Shown here: one piece after another, positions 28,033 through 38,911 of the stretch
Numbering within the stretch: position 1 is the stretch's first letter
Layout: each line of letters begins with the position of its first letter
DNA from: a phage
DNA length: 64,000 nt
Sequence record: OZ346158.1
Reading direction: 5' to 3' (one strand)
Made by a program: the position numbers and the translations under genes
Notes under the pieces: generated by a model
What the model was told of the DNA's origin: nothing
Database searches by the model: none
Seen by the model: the letters and a program-made list of their open reading frames with translations, nothing else

Positions 28033-29238
28033 ATGATTTTCATCTACGAACACTTCAAAACTCGTAAAGAAGCACGCGACCGCCGTGCAGAACTTGAGAA
28101 GAAGGGTTTCACATGTGCCATTGAGAAAGGCGACACAACCTGGACACTGGCAGTTGGTGCCCCAGAGTTGTTCGATCCTGACCGTGACAGCGTCTGCTAC
28201 ACCCGTGAGGATTTTGAAACCCGTGAAGAGGCCCGTCTATTTCGATATGGGCTGGAAGATAATGGTAAGTACGCCATGATCTTAGACTTAGGCGAAGGTT
28301 CCGTTAAACGTTGGGGCGTGGTATACCCACTGTGTGTTGTTCACGGTGTGGGGTTCACTGGGGTGGCAATCAAGTCAGAAGAACCTTTAGTAGAAGTCAA
28401 AGACCCGGTGCTGGAGGTGGTGAGCAGTGTGTCTCAGCAACAGACTCGAAGCATCGAGCCTTTAGTAGTTATTTGTGGGGAACTCCTCCAGATCACCTGC
28501 AACGAAGGCATTTTTGAAATTCGCCGCAGCGAAAGTGAGGAAGTTTACCAGAAAGTCTTCGACCATATCTCTGTTCAGGAATATGATGAGGCAATTGGTG
28601 AAATCCTTGTCTGGCTGGAACGCAAGAATGAGTTCACCACACTTGCAGACAACCTGATCATGAAAGATGGTAAGCTCTACTACTACGGTGTAGAGATGCG
28701 ATCCACCATTGCAAAGAAAATTGAGAAAGACTATGCAGACGGAACACTGGATGACCGCTATGTGAAATTCCTCGTTCGCCTGCTACGCAATCCTTCTGCA
28801 AAATCTGTAAACATGCTCTACGATTTTATGCAGGCCAACGATATCCAGATTGCAGAAGATGGTCGAATCATTTGCTACAAAGGGGTTCAGTTTAACGGCA
28901 GCAAGTGGGTGGATTGGCACAGTGGTAAAGTTCCACAATACCAGGGTGCTTTTGTATCCATGCCTCGTAACTTTGTAGAGGATGATCCTGAAGCTGCGTG
29001 CTCCTATGGCTTACACTGCGCCAGCAAGGAGTATGCAAAGAGCTACGGCACTGTAATGACTGTCATGGTTGACCCTGCAGATGTGGTTAGTGTGCCATAC
29101 CAACACAATAGCGCTAAGTGCCGTGCATGCCGCTATGAGATTGTGGTAGCTCCGGAAGCACGCAAGGACGGAGACCCGATTGAATACGTGGTTGACCGAG
29201 ACGGTAACACTATCGACATTCTTTACGAGGAGGCGTAA
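28033..29238 (+). CDS. hypothetical protein
   Basis: ATG at 28033 preceded by AAGGAGA RBS (longer ORF start at 27997 overlaps upstream gene). Confidence 0.55.
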   Translation: MIFIYEHFKTRKEARDRRAELEKKGFTCAIEKGDTTWTLAVGAPELFDPDRDSVCYTREDFETREEARLFRYGLEDNGKYAMILDLGEGSVKRWGVVYPLCVVHGVGFTGVAIKSEEPLVEVKDPVLEVVSSVSQQQTRSIEPLVVICGELLQITCNEGIFEIRRSESEEVYQKVFDHISVQEYDEAIGEILVWLERKNEFTTLADNLIMKDGKLYYYGVEMRSTIAKKIEKDYADGTLDDRYVKFLVRLLRNPSAKSVNMLYDFMQANDIQIAEDGRIICYKGVQFNGSKWVDWHSGKVPQYQGAFVSMPRNFVEDDPEAACSYGLHCASKEYAKSYGTVMTVMVDPADVVSVPYQHNSAKCRACRYEIVVAPEARKDGDPIEYVVDRDGNTIDILYEEA

Positions 29239-30608
29239 TGGAAAAAGGGCAGTATGATGTAGGCACAGATGCTGCCCTTGTTGCAATCATGAGTGGGGAG
29301 AATGTCTTCGTTTCAGGACCCGCAGGTTGTGGGAAGACGTACCTCATCAACATGATCCAGTCAATGTATGGAGACTCTTGCATAACGGTTGCCCCGACAG
29401 GGGTAGCCGCTTTAAACGTTAATGGAGCAACAGCACACCGAACCTTCGATCTTGCAGCAGGTGTGAGCATGGAGTCTGACTGGACTGCAATAAGGGCAAA
29501 AACAGCAAAGCCTTTGAAAAGCAAGGCATTTACCATCCTAATTATCGATGAAATCTCTATGATCCGTGCTGATAAGTTTATAGAGATGGATAGGAAACTC
29601 CGCTTCCTTCGAAAAAATGACAAACCTTTCGGAGGCATACAGGTCATATTGTTTGGCGATTTTTACCAGGCACCTCCTGTTGTCTCTTCTATGGAGAAGG
29701 AGGCCTACTTCAACTTCTACCACACAGACCTATGTTGCTATACCGAATCTTGGAAAGAGCTGGACCTTCACAACATAGCCCTAATAGACCAGTTCCGACA
29801 GGAGTCTATTCGATTTGCCACAATGCTCAACTGTGTTCGTGAGGGTCGTCGCATAAAAGAGGTTGTAGCAGAACTTAATGCTCGCTGTTACAAAGGCGGT
29901 GTACCAACAGACGCTCTCACAATTTGCGCCACCAACAAACAAGCAGAGGAAGTGAACAGAAGGTTCTATGATGCCATCAACGCCCCAGAGAAGGTATACA
30001 CTGGTGAAATGAAGGGTAAGTTTCCCTCCACCCTGCCAGTTGAGCAGGAGATGAAGTTGAAAATTGGCATGAAAGTTATGATAACCGCCAACGATGTTGA
30101 CCCGACGCACAAAGTACCTTATTATGTTAACGGAACACGTGCCACAATTGTTAAATTTAAGAACAAGGCGGTGGTGGTAGAGCTTGAAGATGGAACACAG
30201 GTTGACATAGAGCAGAGGTTGTGGGAAAATAACGAGTATAAGCCATCTCAGAGATACAACATTGCAGAAAGGAAGATGGAGAAGTTTATAGAGAGGGTAG
30301 TGATTGGGTCATACAGGCAACTTCCTCTGAAATCTGGGTATGCCGTAACATCTCATAAAAGTCAAGGACTTACGCTAGATTGTTACAACCTGGACCTTGG
30401 AAAGAACGGAGCTTTCTCTCCTGGGATGACGTATGTTGCTTTGAGTCGGGTTAAGACAATACAAGGAATAAACTTGTTGCGTCCACTAAGAGAAGTTGAC
30501 ATTATTGTTGACCCGCGAGTCGTAGAGTTTTACAATACAACATTCCCTGACTTAGACAAAATTGTCAGGAAAGATTTTGAAACCAGAGCCGAAGAGGGGG
30601 ACGTATGA
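29238..30608 (+). CDS. Dda/Pif1/RecD-like SF1 DNA helicase
   Basis: 456 aa; Walker A SGPAGCGKT; Walker B IIDEISM; C-terminal motif VTSHKSQGLTLD characteristic of RecD/Pif1/Dda helicases. Confidence 0.85.
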   Translation: MEKGQYDVGTDAALVAIMSGENVFVSGPAGCGKTYLINMIQSMYGDSCITVAPTGVAALNVNGATAHRTFDLAAGVSMESDWTAIRAKTAKPLKSKAFTILIIDEISMIRADKFIEMDRKLRFLRKNDKPFGGIQVILFGDFYQAPPVVSSMEKEAYFNFYHTDLCCYTESWKELDLHNIALIDQFRQESIRFATMLNCVREGRRIKEVVAELNARCYKGGVPTDALTICATNKQAEEVNRRFYDAINAPEKVYTGEMKGKFPSTLPVEQEMKLKIGMKVMITANDVDPTHKVPYYVNGTRATIVKFKNKAVVVELEDGTQVDIEQRLWENNEYKPSQRYNIAERKMEKFIERVVIGSYRQLPLKSGYAVTSHKSQGLTLDCYNLDLGKNGAFSPGMTYVALSRVKTIQGINLLRPLREVDIIVDPRVVEFYNTTFPDLDKIVRKDFETRAEEGDV

Positions 30609-30946
30609 GGTTGTGGAGAAATATAGTTAACTACGTGTGTGGCAATCCAACTCCTGAAGAGAAGGATGTTGTGATTCACGATTTTACTAAAAGATCCCGT
30701 GAAAAAGATCTACTGTTAACAAAGGTGACTGATAAAGACCCTGCAGTAGGGGACTGGGCAGGTTTTGCGTTTACATCGGACAAATACACCTTTAACAAAG
30801 GTGACTACCTTGTTGTGGATTTTAACGAAGACATTGAGGGTGCTGAACCTTACTATCAGACCCTTATTGTTGCAGGGTGTGTTGATCTCTCTGCAGGTAT
30901 GCACAGTTTGATTCTTTTTGAGCTTGACTCTGAAGACCTCCAGTAG
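30605..30946 (+). CDS. hypothetical protein
   Basis: 113 aa, 4-nt overlap coupling to helicase gene. Confidence 0.5.
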   Translation: MRLWRNIVNYVCGNPTPEEKDVVIHDFTKRSREKDLLLTKVTDKDPAVGDWAGFAFTSDKYTFNKGDYLVVDFNEDIEGAEPYYQTLIVAGCVDLSAGMHSLILFELDSEDLQ

Positions 30947-31007
30947 TAAGATGTAAGTATAAAGGGGAGGCACTCCTCCCCACAAAAACTAAGGAGAGCA
31001 CCAAACG

Positions 31008-32333
31008 ATGAGTAAAACCAAATTAGAACTTACCTGGATAGGTAAAAACGAGCGCAAAAAGTTAGAGCCGCACATTTTGTTAGAAGATTCTAGCAAGTCT
31101 TACCACAGCCAGAAAGTGACCGAAAACGATATTTTTGATAATAAACTGATTTTTGGAGATAACTTATTAGCATTGAAGGCGCTAGAGCAAGAGTACGCAG
31201 GCAAAGTGAAGTGTGTTTACATAGACCCACCATTCAATACCGGGAGGGCTTTTGAGCACTACGATGATAGCCTGGAGCATTCCATTTGGCTGGGCTTAAT
31301 GAGGGATAGGTTAGAAATAATTCGTAATCTTCTAAGTGATGATGGGGTAATATTCGTTCACTTAGATGATTGCGAAATGGCGTATTTAAAAGTTTTGATG
31401 GACGAGATTTTTGGTCGTGCAAATCAGTTAAATACCATATCGATGACCACAAATTCCCCTTCGGGATTTAAGGCAACGGGAGCCACAGTTTTCTCCACAG
31501 CAAACTTTTTGCTTGTATATGCAAAAGATCGCACCCAGAAACCGCTTAACAAAATCTATATACCTAAAGGGTATGATACCGGATATAACAAATACCTATT
31601 AAACCCGGATGATCATTATAAAAATTGGACGTGGTGCGGTATTGCCGATGCGTTTGCAAAGGCCAATGGCTATAAAGATGCAAAAGAAGCCAAGAAAAAA
31701 CTGCCTGACACATTCGATGATGAATTAGCACAATTTGCAATTGATAATGCAGAACGTGTATTTCAATCTGTTGCAATTGGTGGTGGTGCTAAAATAAAGA
31801 GAAAAGAAACTATAGAGAAGTCAAAGAAAGATAGGGATAAGGTTTATGTACATCCAAATGAGGATGTTGAAGGATTTTATATCGCAAATGGTAGGCAAAT
31901 GGTCTTTTACTCCAACAGGCTTTTGGAAATTGACGGTGATATGCAACCTGCGGAACTAATAACTGATGTTTGGACAGACATTAGTTGGAATGGAATAGCA
32001 AATGAAGGCGGCGTTAGTTTCAAAAATGGGAAAAAACCAGAAGCGCTTTTGAAGCGGATTTTCGAAATGTGTACGCGAGAAGGTGATTTGGTATTGGATT
32101 CATTCGGTGGTTCGGGAACTACTGCCGCTGTAGCTCACAAGATGAAAAGACGTTGGATCTCCATCGAGATTGGTGATCATTGCCATACCCATATTATTCC
32201 GCGCTTGGAAAAAGTGATCGATGGGGAAGATCAAGGTGGTATTTCTAAGTCTGTAAACTGGCAAGGTGGTGGTGGCTTCCGTTATTACAAACTTGCCCCG
32301 ACCTTAATTGCGAAAGATAAGTCTGATCAATAA
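31008..32333 (+). CDS. DNA N6-adenine methyltransferase (beta class)
   Basis: 441 aa; catalytic DPPF motif (CVYIDPPFNTG) upstream of SAM-binding motif DSFGGSGTT, the beta-class order; AAGGAGAG RBS. Confidence 0.8.
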   Translation: MSKTKLELTWIGKNERKKLEPHILLEDSSKSYHSQKVTENDIFDNKLIFGDNLLALKALEQEYAGKVKCVYIDPPFNTGRAFEHYDDSLEHSIWLGLMRDRLEIIRNLLSDDGVIFVHLDDCEMAYLKVLMDEIFGRANQLNTISMTTNSPSGFKATGATVFSTANFLLVYAKDRTQKPLNKIYIPKGYDTGYNKYLLNPDDHYKNWTWCGIADAFAKANGYKDAKEAKKKLPDTFDDELAQFAIDNAERVFQSVAIGGGAKIKRKETIEKSKKDRDKVYVHPNEDVEGFYIANGRQMVFYSNRLLEIDGDMQPAELITDVWTDISWNGIANEGGVSFKNGKKPEALLKRIFEMCTREGDLVLDSFGGSGTTAAVAHKMKRRWISIEIGDHCHTHIIPRLEKVIDGEDQGGISKSVNWQGGGGFRYYKLAPTLIAKDKSDQ

Positions 32334-32346
32334 AGAGTACAATCAA

Positions 32347-32652
32347 ATGATGAAACGTTATAAACCATACACTTTTGAAATCGATTTCGAACTTGACGAT
32401 ATGTTCACTGTAGAAGCTCAGGCAGTTGTCCAGTTGCCAGACCCGGAGTGCCGTGATTCTGATGTTGACTATTACGGATTTAGACAGATCACTGATGTGC
32501 ATGTTTACCACAACGGTGAAGAGGTGGACTTCCACCAACTGCCAAACGATATTCGCCACTCAATTTACAAACGTGCAGCCCGTGAACTAGAGTCCTATCT
32601 GGATGCAGCGACGACAGCAGCTGCATTTGCCGAAGAAGTGGGAGGTTTCTGA
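32347..32652 (+). CDS. hypothetical protein
   Basis: ATG at 32347 (MMKRYKPYTF...) after AAAGAG; start uncertain. Confidence 0.45.
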   Translation: MMKRYKPYTFEIDFELDDMFTVEAQAVVQLPDPECRDSDVDYYGFRQITDVHVYHNGEEVDFHQLPNDIRHSIYKRAARELESYLDAATTAAAFAEEVGGF

Positions 32653-33050
32653 TGATTACAGGTGTGAAGATTCTCCAATACCACTTAACCAAATTGGAAG
32701 ATGCTGAAAAAGAGCTTGCAGAAGTTCTGAATAGTGGATATACTTTGCTATCATGCGCCTGCTCAGACACCTACGTTGTGTGGACACTTATCCGGAAGGA
32801 AGAGCCTGCAGGGATCTTGGTGCCAAACCCTAAGATTATTAGTGAGGTGGATGACTATTCCCAGGACGGCCTGCCAGAAGGCTGGGAAGTATGGGAAGGT
32901 GGTGAAAACCCTGCACCAGGTAAGTGGGTAAAATATAAACTACGTAGTGGTGCACAGTACGCTGACTACTCTGATGACCTAGACTGGAGTCATTCTTCAC
33001 CAGGATCGTCTGCAAGTTCATATGATATCGTTGCTTTTCAGGAAGAATAA
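32652..33050 (+). CDS. hypothetical protein
   Basis: 132 aa, ATGA coupling, GGGAGG RBS. Confidence 0.5.
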   Translation: MITGVKILQYHLTKLEDAEKELAEVLNSGYTLLSCACSDTYVVWTLIRKEEPAGILVPNPKIISEVDDYSQDGLPEGWEVWEGGENPAPGKWVKYKLRSGAQYADYSDDLDWSHSSPGSSASSYDIVAFQEE

Positions 33051-33062
33051 GGAGATAGTGTT

Positions 33063-33545
33063 ATGTCAGATTTTATGTGGAAAGTAGGTTACGCAGCTCC
33101 TGAAATGTGTGAGGCTTGCTTTGTGAAAATAGGCCGCGAGGATATCGACAAAGTGATCCTTAAGTTTCGTGATGTGGCTGTGATCGGCAACCGAGTGCTT
33201 AAGCACTTAAAGAATCTGAAGCTCACCAAAAAGAAATTCTTCGGGCTTTTCGAAGAGAAAGTTGATGCTTGGACCCATTGCATTCAGGAAGCTAAATCTC
33301 ACTACAGTGCTATCGTTACCCCAGAACGGGTAGCCAAGATGGAAGGACTCATCAACAGCACAGAGTTTGAGTGTCTGAAAGCTGCACTCGATAGTTATCC
33401 GAAATGCCTCAAGCACTTGGACAAGTATGTAGAAAAGGATGGGGAAATGTATCTCACCCTGGACGCATATTATGAGATGCAAGAAATTTTAAATTTAGAT
33501 TTGACATTGGTATCCACCGAGTATACAATAGGTATCCGGGTTTAA
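33063..33545 (+). CDS. hypothetical protein
   Basis: 160 aa, AAGGAGA RBS; followed by terminator. Confidence 0.55.
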   Translation: MSDFMWKVGYAAPEMCEACFVKIGREDIDKVILKFRDVAVIGNRVLKHLKNLKLTKKKFFGLFEEKVDAWTHCIQEAKSHYSAIVTPERVAKMEGLINSTEFECLKAALDSYPKCLKHLDKYVEKDGEMYLTLDAYYEMQEILNLDLTLVSTEYTIGIRV

Positions 33546-33551
33546 CACTAG

Positions 33552-33580
33552 GCCCTGCCCGAAAGGGTGGGGCTTTTTGC
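33552..33580 (+). terminator. rho-independent terminator (sequence repeated at 45180)
   Basis: GCCCTGCCC-GAAA-GGGTGGGGC hairpin followed by TTTTTGC; same 22-nt hairpin recurs at 45180. Confidence 0.7.
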
Positions 33581-33596
33581 ATTAGGAGACAGCAAA

Positions 33597-34361
33597 TTGA
33601 AATTTATCTACAAAGAACACTACCACAAAGGTGTTGTGTGGAGCCTATTTGACGGATCTGGTGGTGCAGTCATTGACTGGGCAAAAGCTGGATATCTGTG
33701 CCTGTGCTTTAACGCAGAAGGTGCTGACCACGGCAGTTATGCAGAGGTGATCACCGATCATCCAAATATTCACTATGTAGATTATTGGATTGATCCATGG
33801 TTCCCTCAGGAAACTTTCTGCATGTACCCAGCTCCGGACTTTGTTCTTGCATTTCCTCCGTGCACCCACTTAGCGGTGTCAGGTGCTGCACACTTTAAGA
33901 AGAAGCTGGCTAAGGACCCGTTGATCCAGATTAATGCTGTAAAGGATGCTCGGGTTGCAGAAGAGTTGGGAGAGATTTACGATTGCCCGTGGCATGTAGA
34001 GAATCCTGTGGGTGTTATGTCCACACTGTGGCGCAAACCTGATTACCGTTTTCACCCTTCTGACTATGGCGGGTATTTACCGGAGGATGATGTAAACCCC
34101 TGGTTTCCTGAATTTATAGCTCCACGTGATGCCTATCCAAAAATAACTTGCGGCTGGATAGGTAATGGATTTATAATCCCGGCCACAAAACCTGTCCCGC
34201 AAATAGTTGACGCGGTTAGCGGGTATTCCATGCAACACGCCAAGCTGGGTGGAAAGAGTGCAAGAACGAAGATGATCCGAAGCCTCACACCACGTGGCTG
34301 GGCAAAAGCCGTATTCTTAGCAAACGAGCCTGTAGTAAGGAGCAGAATTAATGGGAAGTAA
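33597..34361 (+). CDS. C5-cytosine methyltransferase-like protein (short; PCT in place of PCQ)
   Basis: TTG start 6 nt after AGGAGA; motif I-like VWSLFDGSGGA, motif IV-like AFPPCTHLAVSGA, motif VI-like WHVENPVG. Confidence 0.5.
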   Translation: MKFIYKEHYHKGVVWSLFDGSGGAVIDWAKAGYLCLCFNAEGADHGSYAEVITDHPNIHYVDYWIDPWFPQETFCMYPAPDFVLAFPPCTHLAVSGAAHFKKKLAKDPLIQINAVKDARVAEELGEIYDCPWHVENPVGVMSTLWRKPDYRFHPSDYGGYLPEDDVNPWFPEFIAPRDAYPKITCGWIGNGFIIPATKPVPQIVDAVSGYSMQHAKLGGKSARTKMIRSLTPRGWAKAVFLANEPVVRSRINGK

Positions 34362-36429
34362 ATTTATGGCATCTGCATACAACCGTTTCGGTGAGCCAAA
34401 CCCGAAAGCAACTAAGTATAAAAGTGGGGGAAGTGTGAAACGAGACTATCGTGATGAAAAAGAGGTTGAAACTGTAGAGACTGTTTTAGAAAATACTAAA
34501 ATTGTCCCTGTTCCACAACAAAATATCGGTCTGATGGCTGCACAATATTTTGGTGTGCGATCAGCATTGTCTCAAGAAGACGGTGTGACAGTTACTGCAA
34601 CATATTTCCCATATTACGACCGCTACGGAAATCTGTCAGGTTTCAAAAAGCGTGACTGGACGATTCCTAAAGAGCAAAGGGGCCATTTCTCAGTTGTTGG
34701 CATAGTAAAGGCTAACTCTCAGATGTTTGGGCAAAAGCTGTGTGCATCTTCCAACAACCGTAAGCAAATTAACGTTTGTGAGGGGGAAGGTGATGTTATT
34801 GCAGCATGGCAGGCTGCATATCAGATACAAGTAAAAGGGATTCTCACCAACGCTAAAGCCCCGGCAAAGGTGAAGCAGTGGGCTAAAGAGGTCCAGGACG
34901 GGATCGATGCAGTTATCAACGGTGGTGATCTGGCAGGAAAACCCTGCCTACCTTTTGTTGGAATTAACTGTGGATGTGCAAACGCAGTAGATACTTTTGC
35001 AAACAATGAGAAGTTTATCCGTAGCTATGGAACAGTTGTGCTGGCAATGGATAACGATGCAGCTAACGAGGTAGAGAAGCAAAAACACGTCATTAAAGGT
35101 GTCGAGGCCACGCACAATATCGCAGCATTTTTGATGGCTGATAACGTTTACCACGTAGAATACCCTGGTGAAGTAAACGACCCTGACGGTGTAAAAGATA
35201 TCCGAGACATGCTGAAGGCTAAAAAGCTGGAAGATATTGTCAACATGTTCCGGCATCCTGTTAAATATGTGCCTGATGCTGTGTCGGATTTAGAAGACTT
35301 CTCTATCGAGTCTTTGCGGAAAAAGACTTCCAACGGGGTAGATATCAGCGCAGAGTTCCCAAAACTGCAAAAAATGCTAAAAGGCTTGCACAAAGGTACA
35401 CTCGTAATGCTTACAGGCCCATCAGGTGGCGGTAAAACAACCGTAGCTAAAAAACTGGAACACTGTATTGCAAGATACCTAATGGACCCGACATGCCCGA
35501 AGGCTGATGACTATGAAGAGGATGATCGTCTATGTATGATCCATCTTGAGGAGGACCCAGAGGAAGCAATTAACTCCTTGTATGCAAACCAGTTAGGGTT
35601 TGATGTTAAAGAGTTTGTTGAAGATCCTAGCCAGTTTTTAACTGATCAAGAACACGCAGAGATTCATCAGTCATGGGCAAAAGCTGGAAAAATCAAAGTG
35701 TTCAAACATTTCGGGTCTATTCCGGTGGATGAGTTGATTACCAAGCTTAAGCAAATGGTTTGCCTGTACCATTGCCGTTATATTGTGCTGGATCACCTGT
35801 CCATGGTAATTTCAGGGCTTAATGTTAAGGATGAGCGAAAAGAACTGGACATGGCTATGACCCAACTGGCTGCGTTTTGTAAGCAGTTTAATGTGTTTAT
35901 CTTGGTGATCGCTCACCTCAAACGTACAGAGATTGTGCCTCCTAAGGACAAGGATGGTAACCCGTTACCTTTCTGGTATCCTGTGCGAAAAGAGAATTTG
36001 CGAGGATCGGCGGGGCTTGAACAGTTGAGTTGGGTAGTCATAGGTGTCGAGGCCGAAGAAATGGTGGATCGTTCTCGTGGACGTGTCCGTCTGGTAGGTC
36101 TTAAAAACCGTCCAGCAAAAACTCTAGGTATTGCTGACACTTTGGTTATGGACCCGCACACAGGTAAGTTCCATGATGCCAGTAATTGGTACTGGGACAA
36201 AGAAATGCAAATGTTTACAGACGGAGAAGGTGGGGAGGTTGTTTGGAGACCTCAGGCTATGTTTGAGGATCAGGAGCATGCAGTTGTAGAAACACCTATG
36301 GGCAAGGTTGTGGCTGATAAGGTTGTAACACCCACTGTCAAGCCTATTGACACGCAGGAAGACCTCCAATACGATGATCCATCCTCTGATCCGGTCCCTG
36401 GTTTTGAGGATGATGAAACACCTTTTTAA
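34351..36429 (+). CDS. primase-helicase (T7 gp4-like)
   Basis: 692 aa; TOPRIM-like CEGEGDVIAAWQA; helicase Walker A LTGPSGGGKTT and Walker B YIVLDHLSMV, with IAHLKR downstream. Confidence 0.8.
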   Translation: MGSKFMASAYNRFGEPNPKATKYKSGGSVKRDYRDEKEVETVETVLENTKIVPVPQQNIGLMAAQYFGVRSALSQEDGVTVTATYFPYYDRYGNLSGFKKRDWTIPKEQRGHFSVVGIVKANSQMFGQKLCASSNNRKQINVCEGEGDVIAAWQAAYQIQVKGILTNAKAPAKVKQWAKEVQDGIDAVINGGDLAGKPCLPFVGINCGCANAVDTFANNEKFIRSYGTVVLAMDNDAANEVEKQKHVIKGVEATHNIAAFLMADNVYHVEYPGEVNDPDGVKDIRDMLKAKKLEDIVNMFRHPVKYVPDAVSDLEDFSIESLRKKTSNGVDISAEFPKLQKMLKGLHKGTLVMLTGPSGGGKTTVAKKLEHCIARYLMDPTCPKADDYEEDDRLCMIHLEEDPEEAINSLYANQLGFDVKEFVEDPSQFLTDQEHAEIHQSWAKAGKIKVFKHFGSIPVDELITKLKQMVCLYHCRYIVLDHLSMVISGLNVKDERKELDMAMTQLAAFCKQFNVFILVIAHLKRTEIVPPKDKDGNPLPFWYPVRKENLRGSAGLEQLSWVVIGVEAEEMVDRSRGRVRLVGLKNRPAKTLGIADTLVMDPHTGKFHDASNWYWDKEMQMFTDGEGGEVVWRPQAMFEDQEHAVVETPMGKVVADKVVTPTVKPIDTQEDLQYDDPSSDPVPGFEDDETPF

Positions 36430-36443
36430 TGTTTAACAAAGAG

Positions 36444-36475
36444 TGGGAGGGGTAGTACAACCGCCTCCCCTTTAA
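36444..36475 (+). terminator. possible rho-independent terminator
   Basis: GGGAGGGG ... CCTCCCC hairpin followed by short TTT; weak. Confidence 0.35.
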
Positions 36476-36487
36476 GGAGAACTGTAT

Positions 36488-38911
36488 ATGAGCATGTGGT
36501 CGTTCGACTTTGAGTCATCCGGTTTGCTGGAAGATCCAGATCTTTATTATCACTGCGGCCTGTTTAAAGAGCTGAATAAGAACCGTTTTATGCTGTTCCT
36601 TCCTCTAAATGACCGCACACACTACTCCGAAGAGGATATAGAGAAGGCTAAGAACTTTATTCTGGCAAAGAAAACTCTTCATAAAGATTTTGAAGTTCGC
36701 ATAGCAGATTTTTCGGAGTTGGAAGGTTGGCTTACAGGCAATTCCGACTGGTCACCAACAGCTTTGAACTGCCATAACTGCTACAGTTATGACTTTATGC
36801 TGATGGAAAGATTATCCGGTATTCATTTTGATATGTTCCGTGATCCTAAATGCATGGGGACTATCAACGACCACCAGGTTAACCTGTTTGATACGTTGGC
36901 TATGAGCCGAATCTTGTGGCCTGATCGCCCTTTACCAAAAGGTTGTCCGGACGCTGTATTCAACCCGGTTACTAAGAAAATGCAACCTGTTGGTCCTCAC
37001 GGCCTTATGGCATGGGGCTACGCCCTTGGTAACCAGAAAGTTCAAATTGATGACTGGCGCGATCTTCCGCTGTGGAAATATGTGGATCGTGTGTTCGAGG
37101 ACGTTATCATCCAGGAGTTGCTCTGGAAAGAGTTGGTAGCGGAATCAAAAGGTGTATTCTACGGCAAATCTGACATGCAGAACTTTATGTATGACCCTGC
37201 CAAAGAGAAGCCTAAAGGATTCAAGAAGATTACCTGGAAGAATGCATTACGCCGAGGCATGCTGCAGCATTTCCTGATGGAGCTGCAGGCTCGACAGGGT
37301 GTGTATTTCGACATAGATGGGGCTATTGCTTTACGTGACCGCTGCGATGCGTGGATGAAAGAGATCGCTGATCGTGTTGAACCACAACTTCCTTTAAAAG
37401 AGTTATCAATGTCTCAGCGGCCTAAGTTCCCTGAAAAGCCGTTTAACCAGGATGGGACAATCTCCAATAATGGTTGGAAATGGTTAAAAGATAAGCTTGG
37501 CTATCCTGTAGACATGAGCGCTTTAGAATTCAAAGCCCCGCCTAAGCGAGCATTTACCTCCACAGGAGATGTCAGCAAGATGGGGATAAAATGGTGCGAA
37601 GAGATGGGCTGCAAAGACCCCGACAAGATGGCTGATTTCTTGAGAGGTTATATTAAGGGCACCTCCACACCACAACCTTTACCTAAAGAGCTGATGGATC
37701 AGGCAATAAGTGATCTGCAGCAGAAGCGAATGCCTGACTGCAAGATACCTATGAAAATCAGCAATCAGGACGACATTAAGCGATACCTGATCAGTGCTGG
37801 TTGGCTTCCGACAATGTGGAGAACTAAGGATGTAACTAAGGACAGCAAGAAGAAAGCTCTACCTGATGCAGATGTTGATGCACGAGTATATGCATACATG
37901 GACGAGCTTTTAGAGTCAGAGTATTGTGACCTAATTATCAACTTCTGGAACAAAACTGATGCTAAGTTTCAGACAACAGTGCACAAGTTCCGAAGCTTTC
38001 CTAACTCCGAAAGGATTAAAAAGGAAGTGTTCGGGAAAATACGCAGAAAAGCCAGGGCACTTATTACTTCTCCGCAACTGAAAGATACGTTTGGACACCT
38101 ATGTCCGAATCTTGAAAAATTGAACGGAGAGATGGCTAAAGATATCGTCTTGTGGTTATCATTGCGAAACCGCAGATCGGTCCTTGATCCAATCAAGGAG
38201 GATAAGGTTGATACTGGTCTTCTTAATCACCCACGTTTGAAGATTGACCATAAGCTTCCTGCTAAAAGCTCTGGATTAACAAACACTTCCCGACAGAAAC
38301 ACAGTATTTGTGCAAACATGCCTAAACCATCTCCTAAAGTGGTTATGGGTAAAGAGATGCGTAGCTTGTGGGGTGTTCCTCCTGGATACTTTGAGATCGG
38401 TATTGACGGGTCCAACTTAGAGCAGCTTATCGGGGCTTGGGGTGCCTTTGAGTTCGACAACGGCTTGTACTATGATGTTGTAAGTAACGGGGACGCACAC
38501 CAAAACAATGCTGAGGCATATACAAAAGTAGCAGGCAGAGAGGTGTCTCGTAACGACGGTAAACCTATCACGTATGGGGTTATGTACGGGGCACAAAAAG
38601 ATAAAGTTGCAGATATGCTGGATATCTCCCCAGAGTTGGGGCAAAGGGTGATCGATGCACTTTGGGATGCCAACCCCGGTCTTAAGGGGCGCAAAGAGGA
38701 TCTGGAGAAATTCTGGGAAGCAACGGGTAAGAAGTTTATCTACTCTTTTGATGGTCATGCCATCTGGACCCGATCTAAACACTCTTTACTTAATGCATAC
38801 CAACAGAATGGTGGTGCATCGCTGTGTGACTTGGTTGGGATACTTATGCACCACCAAATGGTGAAGCGTGGGTGGTACGATGAAGGTGTTCGTCGTATTA
38901 TTTATTACCAT
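36488..38911 (+). CDS. DNA polymerase family A, exon 1 (3'-5' exo and most of pol domain)
   Basis: Exo I-like FDFESSG; motif A-like YFEIGIDGSNLEQLIGA; motif B-like RNDGKPITYGVMYGAQKDKVAD; reading frame ends ...IIYYH, then K and stop, i.e. just before the expected motif C HDE. Confidence 0.8.
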
